Assembly (NCBI GenBank): GCA_964016885.1
Contig: OZ024740.1
Span: 55,180,001-55,244,000, forward strand
Length of the DNA stretch: 64,000 nt
Source of the DNA: Eledone cirrhosa
Taxonomy: Eukaryota
Reading direction: 5' to 3'
Shown: in pieces, positions 32,439-47,223 of the stretch
How the letters are laid out: every line of letters begins with the position of its first letter
Numbering within the stretch: the first letter of the stretch is position 1
The notes under the pieces: model-generated
The model's database searches: none
What the model saw: only the letters and a program-made list of their open reading frames with translations
Told to the model about the DNA's origin: nothing
Made by a program: the position numbers and the translations under genes

Positions 32439-33255
32439 TCTGTATATATATAAAATTAAGTATGTGTGTGTGTGTGTGTCTGTGTGTCTGTGTATTACCT
32501 ATAGGGGCCTACATCTTACGACCGATTTTCATGAAACTTTACAGGCTCATAGATTAGTCATCGGGGAGTGTTTTCTATATATCAACGTATCGTTTTTTTG
32601 TTTATCCCGGGGTCATTCTGCAGATAAAAAATGATAGGGGGGGGGGTCACCTTTTTTTAGGTATCGAAAAATAAGATTGTTGGCACAAACTCCCACATTG
32701 TGTCACTGATTTCATTCAAATTTTAAAGCAAAATAGAATTTATCATTGCACATCCTGTAATGGATATATATTTTGCATTTTTTGTTCAGGGACGGCGTGG
32801 CAGCCGCTTAAATATTAAAAAATACCACTTTTAGACTCAAATTTCCACTTTTTCGGCTCTACCTCCCACATTAACCAGCCTACTTTGTTCAAATTTTACA
32901 CTACGCTAGATCTGATTATTTCACGTCTTAAAGTGGCTTTTTGTTCAGGAACGGCGTCGCAGCCGCTTAAATATTCGAAAATACCACCTTTTCGCTCAAA
33001 TTTCCGCCTTTTCGGCTCTAGCTCTCACATTTTTCAACCGATTTCGTTCAAATTCGAAACTGCCTCCCCCAGCATGCCCCTTCGTCAGTCACTCGGATTT
33101 AGAGGTCACCACGATAGAGGTCATCACGACCCTCCCCCGCATGGCCTGTGTGTGGCCATAGATGAGTTATCAAGAAGCAGTCGCTCAGATCAACTCCTTT
33201 TCATCAAAGCAGATATTATTTTACCTACCCAGGCAACACTGGGTACTGCTGCTAG
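32439..33255 (+). mobile_element. Non-autonomous Helitron, full length
   Basis: A|TC 5' end; subterminal hairpin TACCCAG-gcaaca-CTGGGTA (33226-33245); CTAG|T 3' end; no TSD; internal tandem repeat of about 160 bp (copies from about 32780 and 32938). Confidence 0.85.
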
Positions 33256-33303
33256 TATATAAATATATTTTAACGGCTTGCTTCTCTTTCATCAATTTCT
33301 TCG

Positions 33304-33356
<53 letters not shown>

Positions 33357-33359
<3 letters not shown>

Positions 33360-33495
33360 GATTAAACCAGTATTAAACTATTAAGACCATTATTCAACAG
33401 AGTACTCGATACTTGGGTTAGTCGAGTTTGACTATATTAGAGATGTCGGGGCCCGACGGCTGAGCTCTTTCCGTTACGACAGCTAATTCCAGACT
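33357..33495 (-). mobile_element. Family B element (diverged)
   Basis: AGAGTACTCGATACT...CCCGACGGCTGAGCTC..CCGTTACGACAGCTAATTCC adjacent to (TA)n. Confidence 0.7.
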
Positions 33496-34071
33496 TGAGA
33501 AAACTACTTGCAGTGGACTGGCCATCTCATCAGGGACGTAACTTAAGTGATTTACGTGTCGGTAAAATGATTGGTTGTACATATAAAGGTTCTTAAGAGG
33601 TTGTTAAAGAAAAGTTTTAGACTAAATTGATTATATGTTTTTACCGATCACAACTTAAGTAATGGAACACACACACACACACACATATACTCACACACAT
33701 ATACAGACACACATTCATACCCTCACACACAACCACTCCCAGAAAGAAATATAGAGAGATGTGTATGTGTATTTGTATATATATACTATGAGTGTCAGTG
33801 TGTGTATGCCTTTTCAAACCCACCTCACTAAACCACCAAAATACAGATAAAATACAAAGAATCATAGGCGACTCATCCACACAGATGAAAATTCTCCACC
33901 TACGTTCGATTTCGGCTCCACATCTTCCCGGCTGTTATAACGTTATACTCTGGGTATTTAGGTATAGATACTTCTCACCTGATCCAATAAGTATTCCATT
34001 TCTTGAGCGCGTGTCCATTGCCACGTGTTTTTTTTTCTTTTTCGTTCTTTATCTTCAACGGTTGTCTAGTA

Positions 34072-34258
34072 CAGGCATGTCAAACATGCGGCCCTTTACA
34101 AGCACACCTGCGGCCCGCACAAATGTTTTTACAGCGCGAGCATGTTTTAATTTCTTAAAATTAGTTTTAATGTGCGCAATTAGCTGTCGTGTGTGGCCCT
34201 CAGACAATACATATGTGACTCATGGGGCCCTCGGGGGACCCTCAGTTTGACATGCCTG
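34072..34258. mobile_element. hAT (Charlie-type) MITE
   Basis: 14-bp TIR CAGGCATGTCAAAC/GTTTGACATGCCTG; 8-bp TSD GTCTAGTA/GTCTAGAA fitting the NTCTAGAN preference. Confidence 0.9.
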
Positions 34259-34307
34259 GTCTAGAAGACGTTTCATTTATTGTAATCAAAGAGCACACTA
34301 TCACAAT

Positions 34308-34488
34308 CATAATTGTTTCTACTTTTGGCACAAGGCCAGCAATTACCCAGTACTTTACTGGTACTTTATTTTATCTACCCCGTAAGGATGAAAGGTAAAG
34401 TTAACCTCGGCGGGATTTGAACTCAGATGGTAAAGGGACGTAACTACGCTGGGAAGCATGTCTGACTCTCTACCAATACTGCCAATTC
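34308..34488 (-). mobile_element. S1 SINE, short form
   Basis: Match to the S1 consensus. Confidence 0.88.
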
Positions 34489-34539
34489 ACATGTGAGAAG
34501 GTTAGCATTACATTTAACAGTCCTAAATTGTTATTTCTG

Positions 34540-35340
34540 AATACTGTGAATTTCATCGTTCCAGGTTCGTGTGTCTATGATTTACATATGTTCATACTGG
34601 ACATCGTTTTTAGACATTTTATAGGGACCTTTATTTTTTTCAATATCCCTGACAGTTTGCCTCTTCTTTCTGTATACATTTGTCTGTTTTCGAGACAGTT
34701 CTGGAAACAGCAGTTGGCTTTGATGCTCCTATTCACGAAAGTGCCCCTGATCATTTTTTGTTGTCGGACAATGCGATATTCCTTCCTCAATCTTTAGGTA
34801 GCTGAGTTTTACCTGCTAATATACTTTTAATGTGGTTTAATCCAGCTATCTATCATGTAGGTGTTAAAAACACCTCTTTGAATCAGCACATAGCTCCCTT
34901 CTTCCTAGCTCGTGCCGTTCAGACGATCCATTATTTTCACATAAGCTAGCCGAAGTACCGTGATGGCAGGAAGCTTTTTGAATTAGATTTTACTTGTTGT
35001 GGCTTGGGATTGATTTTTCTGTATTCTATTATACAGACCCCTTCCTAACACATATTATTACCAATTACACTTGCCAATAGTTTGGTGTAAAGGTAAGGAG
35101 GAATCAATGTTTAGCATCCCTACTAGTATGTACGGCGGCCGAAATCTGTTTGTTTTTTTACCAAGTCTCCATGTTTAAGGATCAGGTAAAAACTTACATA
35201 CAATCCGCTCTGATATCTGGAATACACCTTGTTTCAAGCATTTTCTGGAGGTTCGTCCAACTGTTCCGTAGAATTATATCATTTTGCTCCTTGTCTTTTA
35301 CGTGATGAAATCTTCGAACACACAGTTTGGCACATTCTTC
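34540..35340 (-). mobile_element. Highly degraded non-LTR reverse transcriptase relic (possibly R4/Dong-like)
   Basis: Broken translations LILKHGDLVK..RFRP, YTKLLASVI and KKGAMC*FKEV appear in the order expected for RT subdomains 1-2; many stops and frameshifts. Confidence 0.35.
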
Positions 35341-35835
35341 TCTAACATATGATTCCGGGTGCAGAGATATGTTCCTTATTATTTTCTGGTTTATTTTTTT
35401 TTTGCATGTAAAACAGTTCGTAAATGTTTGGCTGTCATCACTACTACTCGTCAAATTGCAGCAGTTGTTTTTACAAATGTGTTTATCTGTTCAACTGTCG
35501 TCTTGAGGTATTTTGTTATTTTCATCTTTGAATGTGTCTGCGATCATCTTGAAGCTAGCCTTCTGTTATCACCACATTACAAAACGCGATATTTATAAAT
35601 GCTTTTTGAAAATTGTCTGAAGTTAAAAAAATAATATATAAAATGGTTTGTTTGTAAATATAATAGATATTTCTCGTACAAACTTGGAATGAAAATGCAC
35701 GAAAATACTCTCCACATCTGTATCTGCAGGACACTACAAAATAAAAATGAACCAATTCGGAACTTTTCAAAAGCTAACGAGATGGTAATGGTGTATCTGT
35801 CAGTGTTAATTCAAAATAACAATAATTAAAGCTAA

Positions 35836-36412
35836 AATAATTGTTTCTACTTTTTGGCACAGGGTCAGCAATTATCCCAGTGTATTAATGGTACTTTATT
35901 TAATCGACCCCGTAAGGATGAAAGGCAAAGTTAACCTCGGCGGGATTTGAACTCAGTCCGTAAAGGGACGTAACTGTGCTGCAAAGCATGGCGTCCGCCC
36001 CTCTACCGATACTGCCAATCCACCGGCCTTTAAAGCTAAAATAATTGTTTCTACTTTAGGCACAAGGCCAGCAATTACCCAGTGCATTACTGGTACTTTT
36101 ATTTTATCGACCCCGTAAGGATGAAAGGCAAAGTCAACCTCGGCGGGATTTGAACTCAGATCGTAAAGGGACGTAACTATGCTGGAAAGTATGGCGTCCG
36201 ACCCTCTACCGAAACTGCCAATCCACGCTAAAATAATAAGGGTTTCTTATATAGGCACAAAGCCAGCAATTTTGGGGGTAGGGAAGTCGATTAAATCGAC
36301 CCCACTGATTTACTGGTACTTTATTTTATCGACCCCGTTAGGATGAAAGGCAAAGCAAACCTCGGCAGGATTAGAACCCACAACGTAAAGAGCCATAACT
36401 CTATGTTGCAAA
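35836..36412 (-). mobile_element. Three head-to-tail S1 SINEs (two short, one long)
   Basis: Copies at about 35836-36027, 36040-36226 and 36232-36412, separated by repeated (TTAAA)GCTAAAATAAT. Confidence 0.92.
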
Positions 36413-36744
36413 GAGAGTGTGGTGGGGAAAAGGAGGGATAGGTACCTGTAGTGAGATTGTAGTGTTATAGATTCATGCCGATAGAGGAGTGGGAACAATT
36501 CTTCCTTTAGGTGTTGGGCGAGACAGTCACATGTTAATTACAGGTGATATGACATGAATAGCTATTTGACCCGCCTACTGGTGAGATAAAGGTATCGAAT
36601 TTTTAACTTGACCTCACGTGGTCTCACGTATAATTTTAACAGGTAAGTAAGGATTAGCTTTGTAGATACACAAATTGAGAAGAAAGGTTGAGGGCCAAGT
36701 TAGCGATTGTTGTTTCTAGAGGGCGGCCAGTGGCAAAGGCAAAT

Positions 36745-36779
<35 letters not shown>

Positions 36780-36786
36780 GTGTATG

Positions 36787-36867
<81 letters not shown>

Positions 36868-36978
36868 GTATATATATATATACATACATACATACATACA
36901 TACATACATACATACATACATACATACAGTCATACATACATACACATTAACACACAAATACACACACACGTATATCTA

Positions 36979-37116
<138 letters not shown>

Positions 37117-37207
37117 TGTGTGTGTATGTGTGTTTGTGTGAGTGTGTGTATTGCAATTTCACTTTACTTCATCCGAGGATGCTAAAATAATTGCATTGAT
37201 GAAGATA

Positions 37208-37365
37208 GGGTGAGAATGTAATGAACTATCTCATAAAATGGCGGCCGGTTAGCGTTCACACTGTCTGAGGTTTTGACAACAGTACAAGTATCTAATTTGT
37301 ATATATATATATATATATATACATACAAATTGTATATATATATATATATATATATATACAATTTG

Positions 37366-37401
<36 letters not shown>

Positions 37402-37491
37402 AATTAAATACTTGTACTGTTGTCAATACCTCAGACAGTGCGAACGCTAACGGGCCGCCATTTTATGAGATAGTTCATTACATTCTCACCC
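37208..37491. mobile_element. Foldback MITE with about 93-bp TIRs around a (TA)n core
   Basis: GGGTGAGAATGTAATGAACTATCTCATAAAATGGCGG... matches its reverse complement at 37399-37491; TA on both sides. Confidence 0.8.
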
Positions 37492-37641
37492 TATATATAT
37501 AATGTAACTTGATAATACATGTGACTCGTCTCGATTCAGTAGTTTTCTTCGTGTCCTAATATATTGAGGTCTGGTAACATTAACACATGTTATTCTTTTC
37601 AACGAACCAAAGTATCGTCTTCCTGTCTTCCTTCGTTTGCA

Positions 37642-37758
37642 ACGTTTTTCAAAATGTTTACTTCTGCGTTAACAGATTGATTTTTTTAGTTTCAGAAGAT
37701 CCCGTTAAGGGTGAAAGAAGCGATTCTTTGCCTAAACTTTAATCTGTTATTTTAATAA

Positions 37759-37763
<5 letters not shown>
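37642..37763 (+). mobile_element. Family C (TA)n-terminated element with hammerhead-like CAGAAGA motif
   Basis: Homologous to 30450-30569; may extend upstream to about 37500. Confidence 0.75.
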
Positions 37764-37830
<67 letters not shown>

Positions 37831-37834
<4 letters not shown>

Positions 37835-37932
37835 AAAAGTGTCACGACCCCGACAGCTGAGCTCCGGCCGTTTCGACAGCTAGTTCTGAACGTTTATGGT
37901 CCACTTGATTCCTTTCCACACTTCCTTCGTTA
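37831..37932. mobile_element. Family B element: inverted arm joined to the end of the tail
   Basis: 37831-37890 is the minus-strand GAAAC..GTC segment; 37893-37932 is the plus-strand tail TTATGGTCCAC..CTTCCTTCGTTA. Confidence 0.75.
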
Positions 37933-37964
37933 CACACACACACACACACACACACATATATGTT

Positions 37965-38172
<208 letters not shown>

Positions 38173-38927
38173 TGTGTGTTTGTGCGTGTGTGTTGTGTGT
38201 GTGTGTGTGTGTTTAAAATTATATATGAAACATCTGGTGTATATTCATATTCACAAACACTCAAACATAGTAGATTAAATTGACAACATACAGATATAGT
38301 TCTTACTTTATTTTCAATGGAGTTACCCATTCGGCTGCCGCTATGCAGAGGCAGTATTTACATTCAAAAGTAGTCATGCTTTGTCAGATAAACCGACAAG
38401 CAGTCAGGTTGAAAAGTAAAGAGTAACAATAGACATATTTCTCTAGCGTTGGACATAGTGTTTGAGAGAATAAGAGAGATTCAAAGAGAAAAACAGGAAG
38501 ATATCTAAAGAATTCAAGAGATGGCCAAACAGGCACATTGTTATTTAGCAGCGGCATGGCCCGAGTCACGAGCACAGTTATCCCAGAGTAAAAAAAACAA
38601 ACAGGAAGTAAAAGAGAGACAGATTAGAAAAAAAAAAAAAAAAACAAACTAATTGAGACATAGACATTACTTTGTAATGTATATAAAAAAAAAGAAATCC
38701 AAACAAAGAAACATAATTGAACATTTGGCATATATAGCCATGAATTTAACACATTTTGTATAGCAAGTTTGAGTCTTGAAATTGCGACGATGATGTCAAA
38801 CGCCCTGATTTAAATTATGCACACTTATATATATATATATATACACACTTATATATATATATATATACACACTTATATATATATATATATATACACACTT
38901 ATATATACATATATATGTATATATATG

Positions 38928-39030
<103 letters not shown>

Positions 39031-39042
39031 ATATATATATAT

Positions 39043-39830
39043 GAAGAGGCGGATTTTCAGGTCTCTACGAAGGTCCGACTTCCACACCGATCTCAAGCTG
39101 TGGCACGCCGCCCAGGCCTTGCTCTTCCTCTCAACCACATCATCTTCCGTATTCCCAATCTCTGCTCCCAAATACAGGAAGTCCTCAACCAATTCCAGCG
39201 GCTTCCCGCCTACATTAGTGATCCCCTCTGGCTTCTCAACATTCTCTACCAGATATTTTGTTTTAGTCTCATTCATTCTCAGCCCCACACTCATCGACAC
39301 AGTCTCAACCTCCCGCATCAAATCCTCTGCCTCCTTCACTGTTATTTGTCACCAAAACTATGTCGTCGGCAAATTCAGCATCCGATACCTTTTTCGCCCT
39401 AACTCTCCTGCTCTGAGCCGGTGCTACAGTAAAGCCAGAGTCCTGGTGTTTCTCCAGATGGTGGATGGGTGCTACACCAGAATGCTGAGGATGGCTCTGA
39501 ACATTAATCAGTATACACTGAGGATGAAAAACTCAGAGCTGTATAGGAGGATCCCGAAAGTCAGCTCAAAAATGACACAGAGGAGACTGAGGTTAGCTGG
39601 ACATGCTCACCGACATCCAGAGCTGACATTGCACTCAGTGCTCCTTTGGGAGCCCCTACATGGACACACTAGAAGAGGAAGAATAAGGTTAACGTATGTT
39701 GATGCCCTAAGGACAGACACTGGTCTGTTGAAGACGCAGGACATGGCAGCGATAATGAGGGACAGAGACCGCTGGAGAGAACTCGTCCATGGATCTCGGG
39801 AATTTTACCCGCCTTAGATAGATAGAGATA
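39043..39830. mobile_element. 5'-truncated, 5'-inverted RTE-clade LINE inserted in (TA)n
   Basis: Minus strand 39455-39043 gives [11 protein letters not shown] (RT catalytic motif) through VEDFLYLG to KIRLF; plus strand 39455-39817 gives [36 protein letters not shown], a stop and a short (TAGA)n tail. Confidence 0.9.
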
Positions 39831-40159
39831 TATATAATTGAAAAAGTGAAGAATAACATGGTCAACAGTACAAAAAGGGGATTTATTTACAGTCTGACAA
39901 TTGTTTCACTGATTAAGTTGTCTAAAAATTGTTGAACACTTGAAGCAGTGCCACTCAATTTCAAATACGATGTTAGCTTAACCATATGATGATATTTTTT
40001 TATGCATTATATATATATATATGTATGTATGTATGTATATATGTATATATATATATATATTCTCTATTTCTCACACGGTCTGAATATATATGGAGTGGTC
40101 TGAGAATGAGAGAGAGAGAGAGAGAGAGGGGGAGTGAGAGAGAGAGGGAGATAAAGAGA

Positions 40160-40221
<62 letters not shown>

Positions 40222-40531
40222 GAAAGAGATAGAGGGTGAAAGAAAAAATACGTTGGTGGTCCCAGCATTGTGACAAATGTGTTCGGGACGAAATTCACCT
40301 AGTGGCTTCTTCAGGGGCAATAACTCGTATTTCGTTTTATTAGCCTCAATAAAATGTTTGTCAAATATTTACCTTCAAATTATTATGTATAATTGGAATA
40401 AATTCATTGTCAATTATCGAAAGACGGCAGGAGATTATATTGAATAAACTAAAAGTTAATGTAAGACGGATAGCTAGAAAATATAATGGTAATAATAATA
40501 ATAATAATAATTATATATATATATATATATA

Positions 40532-40625
<94 letters not shown>

Positions 40626-41245
40626 TATATATATATGTGTGTGTCTGTGTGTGTATGAATAAGTATAAAAAGCTGTAGCGGTAGAATGCCTACACCCTTT
40701 CAGCTTGAATCCCACAAGCTTTTACGAAAAGATTGTTAAATACAAGTTTAAAACATCTGATCTCACAGTTCACATCATACCTCATTACTCCACCTAACCT
40801 ATATCTTATCGTACTATGAGTACGTTTCCTCAGTCCTCGCATCGTGAATGCTATATATATTCTCATATAGACTTGAACATAGTATTCTTAGATTTCAACT
40901 AAATATGTTTAATGATATATATTTCGTGTCAAAATAAATTAAATGTAGTTGATAAAATAATATAATGTAAATACAGGCATATATGCAGAGTGTATCGGAA
41001 TTGTAAGCTGTGCCGCCGAAAATATAGGATTCAATTGCATTGAACATATACTTAACATGCAGGTGATATGTAATTAACATGCAGTGAGTTTACAGACCGT
41101 TAATTTATCATTGACGTTGGCTGTCTGATAAAGTTCATGTATGTTTGAGTGTTATGAATGTGAATATGAAGAAAACTGGTTTATCTGTATTGTCTGTATG
41201 TGTGCTTGCCAGGCATATTTCTATTGTTTGTATATATACACACAT

Positions 41246-41332
<87 letters not shown>

Positions 41333-42860
41333 CGTGTGTGTGTGTGTGTGTATGTAATTTGTGTCTGCGTATGAGTGTATATTGCAATTGTATTTATCTA
41401 TTCTTAGCTCAACTTAGAGCCGATGTAATGAATCTCTACATAATTATATTAGATGTTTATTTAACATAAAATGAATGGAAATGTCGATTTTCACCACACT
41501 GTAAAATTCAAATAATCAATTGTGAAGAAGGGGGATATTAGGTAGCAAGATAGATGCTACAAATTAATGGTTGAAAAACTTTAAAGAAGAAATATTCAAT
41601 TTGTTTTTATGTCTGAATTATGATTTTTGTAAAGAAATTAATTTTACCATATATTCAATATTTATTTTGATTGAGAAAGGGTGGTGGCGGGTAAGTTAGT
41701 CATGTCATTAATAACTCCATTGAGATCTACAATGCTTTACAGCAAAACATCATCGAACACAGGAACTGATATTTGATATTATTGACGCAAAAATTGCAAA
41801 TGGTAAAATTGATAAATGTTTCAATAGGAATTGAAATTAAAATGTGAAGGAGAATATCAAATTGAGCCCTGGATATGGCTAGTATATTATATCATCTCAT
41901 CCAGGTGTACGGAAGTCACAGTTTGACCTTTAAAGGAATTGACCTCAAAATGAAAGCGTTGTAACTAAATATCTATTTATTTACATTTTTATTTATATAT
42001 ATTTCATCTGACGTGATACTAATGATCCCACTTTAAATCTCAGAGGGTCTCGCTGAGTTTATAGTTTTGATGCTGTTGTTGTTGTTTGTATTTTGACCAA
42101 CTCAGATCAACCACGATAAAGCCGATGATTCATCGTGACAATCACGGTAAAATATAATTTAACTATGATTTATTATTTATTTTTAGATGTTTAAGGCCAC
42201 CACGAAGCTACCCCACAGCAGGATTCAAACTTAGAGAAAGGTAGAGAGAGAGGGGGGGGGAGAGAGAAGAATGCAGGAGACCTACAATATTATCGATCCG
42301 GGAGAGATGAAAGGGACAGTGTGGTTGAATTTAGAACTCCGAGGGATTCCAATGTTACAAAAAGAAACTGATTAAATAGGAAACTGATTATATCAGTCAA
42401 CCCCCAAATCTCCATGAGTAGAGTCTAACCAACGATGTGCATAATAATATGGTCTGAGATAAACTGCACAAAATATCTAAAACAACAACAGTCACGAGAT
42501 CTGTTGTAAATAAATAGCAAATTTCCTTAAACCACACCTTACCATCTTAAAGAAGAAAAAATAGCCACATTGGACAATGATATATGAATACTACATGATC
42601 ATATATGGGACGTTTTTCAACATAAATTGAGTTCGAAACCTAGAAGGATGCTTTTATAATGTATTCTGCTCCTCTTGAATATAATTCATATCAGTGTATT
42701 CCTTGAGCCAATAAAACAGGTAAAGGTAGGAATTTGAAGACCGCTTTATTCGATACTAAATGTGTTTTGTTTAGAAGGAAACATCTCATTATCTAGTCAC
42801 AAATAAGCATTCTTTGTACAGTGAATGACTTTGAAGTATTTTTTCTATATACGTATATAT

Positions 42861-42916
<56 letters not shown>

Positions 42917-42933
42917 GTACATACACACACACA

Positions 42934-42968
<35 letters not shown>

Positions 42969-42970
42969 GT

Positions 42971-43011
<41 letters not shown>

Positions 43012-43518
43012 GAGAGAGGTATATCCTGTATGTTTTCCTTATTCATATCAATCTTTTAAATGTAGTTTGGCATCATTATTACCATGGTTTAGGCGTTCTT
43101 TGTATTGTTACCTATTTCTTTAACATCTTAAACTCCACCTTTCTATTTCTCTCTAAATTACTCACTCTATTTCTTTCTTCCACACTTTCTATGCCCTTTG
43201 CATATGCAGCGAAAGACGAGTTAGAAGGAAAGGAAATAGAGAGAGAGGTGGGGTTTACAGTGGAAAATATATAGGGTGTACGGTAATAAATCTAGATGTA
43301 TATTTAGTTGTATGCGAATATGTACGCATGAATGTATGTATGCATGTACGCATATTTCTATATATATATATATATATACATACACACATACATACATATA
43401 TATATATTTATCTATCTATTTGTCTCTCTCCCACTTTCTCCCTTTTTTTTCTCTCTCTCTTTCTACATATATATATATAAATGAAAATATAGAAATTATT
43501 GTGAGCAAGAAGCAAACA

Positions 43519-43643
<125 letters not shown>

Positions 43644-44057
43644 TGTATTTACGTGCCTCTGTGTGCATATATGTACGTATTTATAAATGTGCGTGAGTAT
43701 ATGTATGTATACATGTCATGTATATGTGAAATACACCAACATGTTCTCTATGTGTTTCCTTCTCTCTTTTCTTTTCCTTTCACTTCATTTCATTTCAAAC
43801 CTTTCTACCAAACTCTTCATTATTCACATTCACTAAATTCTTTTAATAGGACTTAAAGAAAATCTACCCAGTCTACAGTTATATTATATTTTATCTCATT
43901 GCTTCTATTCTTCGCCTCTTTATTCCTCTCAAATGTTGAGGTTTTGTAAAAAAGAAAGATATAGATTTTTTCCCTTCATTCTTAAATGCAGTTATATATT
44001 TTTTCGGTCTATTTTACGTATGTGTGTTTTTTTATTATTTTATTAACTTGACTGATG

Positions 44058-44134
<77 letters not shown>

Positions 44135-44171
44135 CATATATATATACATATATATATACATATATATATAC

Positions 44172-44401
<230 letters not shown>

Positions 44402-44465
44402 GTATATATATATATATGTATATATATTTATGTATATATATATATGTGTGTCTATTTATATACAT

Positions 44466-44574
<109 letters not shown>

Positions 44575-44784
44575 AATATTTTTGTTTTCATATTTGTTAA
44601 AAATATAAAAGTAGGATGACCTTTTCTCCGAATTCTTGGCATTTTTCTTTCTTTCTGCTCATTTCAGCTGGTGTCCTGCCATATAAATTTTATTTCCACA
44701 TATGCTCTATACAACCATTATTCATATATATATATATATATGTGTGTGTGTGTCTCTGTGTGTGGGTGTGTGTTTGTTTGTGTT

Positions 44785-44819
<35 letters not shown>

Positions 44820-45757
44820 ATATATATATGTAATAAAAAGACGGGTCCCCGATGGCTGAGCTCTTGCCACTCGGGAATTTTACCCGCGCTAGATGAGATG
44901 ATATATAAAGCATGTTCATTTACATGAACAGAAATCATTAGTGGATTGCAATATATGTAAAAGACAGTGGAACTCTGATTTCTATTTGCAATTAATTAAG
45001 TACATATTTTCACAATCCTGAGACAAAAATATCAAATTATTATATTACAATATGCGAAGACCAATTCGATGATCCATAATCATTTGAGCATTAATATAAG
45101 TGTTAGCACATATAGTCTATATATGAATTTATTGAGATATGACCGAATAGTTACGAAGTACACTTCAAAATCATTAAATTCCTCTTTTTTACTCCATTTC
45201 TTGCCATCTGATACAAATTACACTTAAGATGTCTATGGTTGACGTATGCATTGGAATATTGTAAGAACGGGTGATGCTTCGAAGGTCGTCTGATGGATTT
45301 GGGATTTTTTCCAGATAATTCAATAGACCAGCTTTGTGAGGTGTTTTATCGCGTTGAATCTACCTGAGAAATTACGTAAGGAGTACATATGTGTGTAGAA
45401 TCATCAGCCACTTTCACGTTAATTTCCTGAGCCTGTTGCACCGATTATCGAATAATGAATCAGAACATTCACCACACACACACACATATATATATAGAAT
45501 AAGAACATGCGAAGTAGTTTCAGCTGTTAAAATCCTTTCTTGATAAGGCTGTGATACATGTTTCAAGGATGACATTGGTCACGTGATTCCGCGTCCTCAG
45601 TGCCATGATCTCATCATATATATATATATATATATTAACAATCGTTTGGTAAATATGTCCACGATATAGAGCTCTCAGTTCATGAAATGCGTTTTACTAT
45701 ATTCAAAACTGCAATGAAAACAAGGAGAGTTTGCTCAATACATGCAAACAAACAAAC

Positions 45758-45798
<41 letters not shown>

Positions 45799-46427
45799 TG
45801 TGTGTGTAGGAAGGCATGACATACTATAAATATAGAAAAGATATGCTTTTGTATATTTATCTGTTAGTATTTAATAATGAATTTTCTATTATTGATGATG
45901 GTTTCGCTACCTTATATTAACGATACAGGTTTCATATGCTGTTACTTTACATGAGAGAAACATTTCAGATAAACTAACGTTCAAATTGGCGATGAAGCCA
46001 ATTCATGGCTGAGAGCGGGGAAGAATCCATCATATTATATGTTCGGTACATGGTCGGTCAAGGCTGAACTTGAGCTTGTTAACAACTAACTACAGCTTCT
46101 CTATTTACAGCGATATCTGAAAATAATCTTGTATTGTTGTATTGTTGTTTATGTCGACTGGCACAAAGATGAAAGCTGCAAATGATGGTAATGATAATAA
46201 TGATATATAATGGAGATGGCGTTGAGAAAGATGTAAAAATATACAGAACGTAAGGTGAATGACGCAAAGTAGCGTACCTGAGGGAGGAGAAGGTGGATGA
46301 GTTAGATACTGAAGAGAATAACAGCATGACAGATTGTGGTGTTGTCGTTGACCATCATATGAAAACGTCTCTGTTTTCAGTTCATTTATGATGAAACTCC
46401 GTTAATAATAACGAGGACGAGTATAAA

Positions 46428-47181
46428 TGATGATGATGATGATGACGATGATGGGTGATTATGATGATGATGATGACGATGATGATGATGGGTGATTATG
46501 ATGATGATGATCATGACGATGATGATGATGATTATGATGATGATGATGGGTAATTATGATGATTATGATGACGATGATGATGATGATGATGATGATGATG
46601 GGTGATTATGATGATGATGATAACAATGATGATGGGTGATTATGATGATGATGATAACGATGATGATGGGTGATTATGATGATGATGATAACGATGATGA
46701 TGGGTGATTATGATGATGATGATAACGATGATGATGGGTGATTATGATGATGATGATAACGATGATGATGATGATGACGATGATGATAATTATGTGTGTT
46801 ATGGATATCATCGCCGCGTTGCAAGCTACTGCACCGAGCTGTACGCTGCTTTTCTCATATCCAATTCGCATTCATCAGCATCGCCATCATCACCATCATC
46901 ATCACGTTCATCACCATCGCCATCATCACCATCATCATCACGTTCATCACCATAGCCATCATCACCATCATCATCACGTTCATCACCATCGCCAGCATCA
47001 CCATCATCATCACGTTCATCACCATAGCCATCATCACCATCATCATCACGTTCATCACCATCACCAGCATCACCATCATCATCACGTTCATCACCATCAC
47101 CAGCATCACCATCATCATCACGTTCATCACCATCGCCATCACCATCATCACCATCATCATCAGGTTCATCACCATCATCAC

Positions 47182-47223
<42 letters not shown>

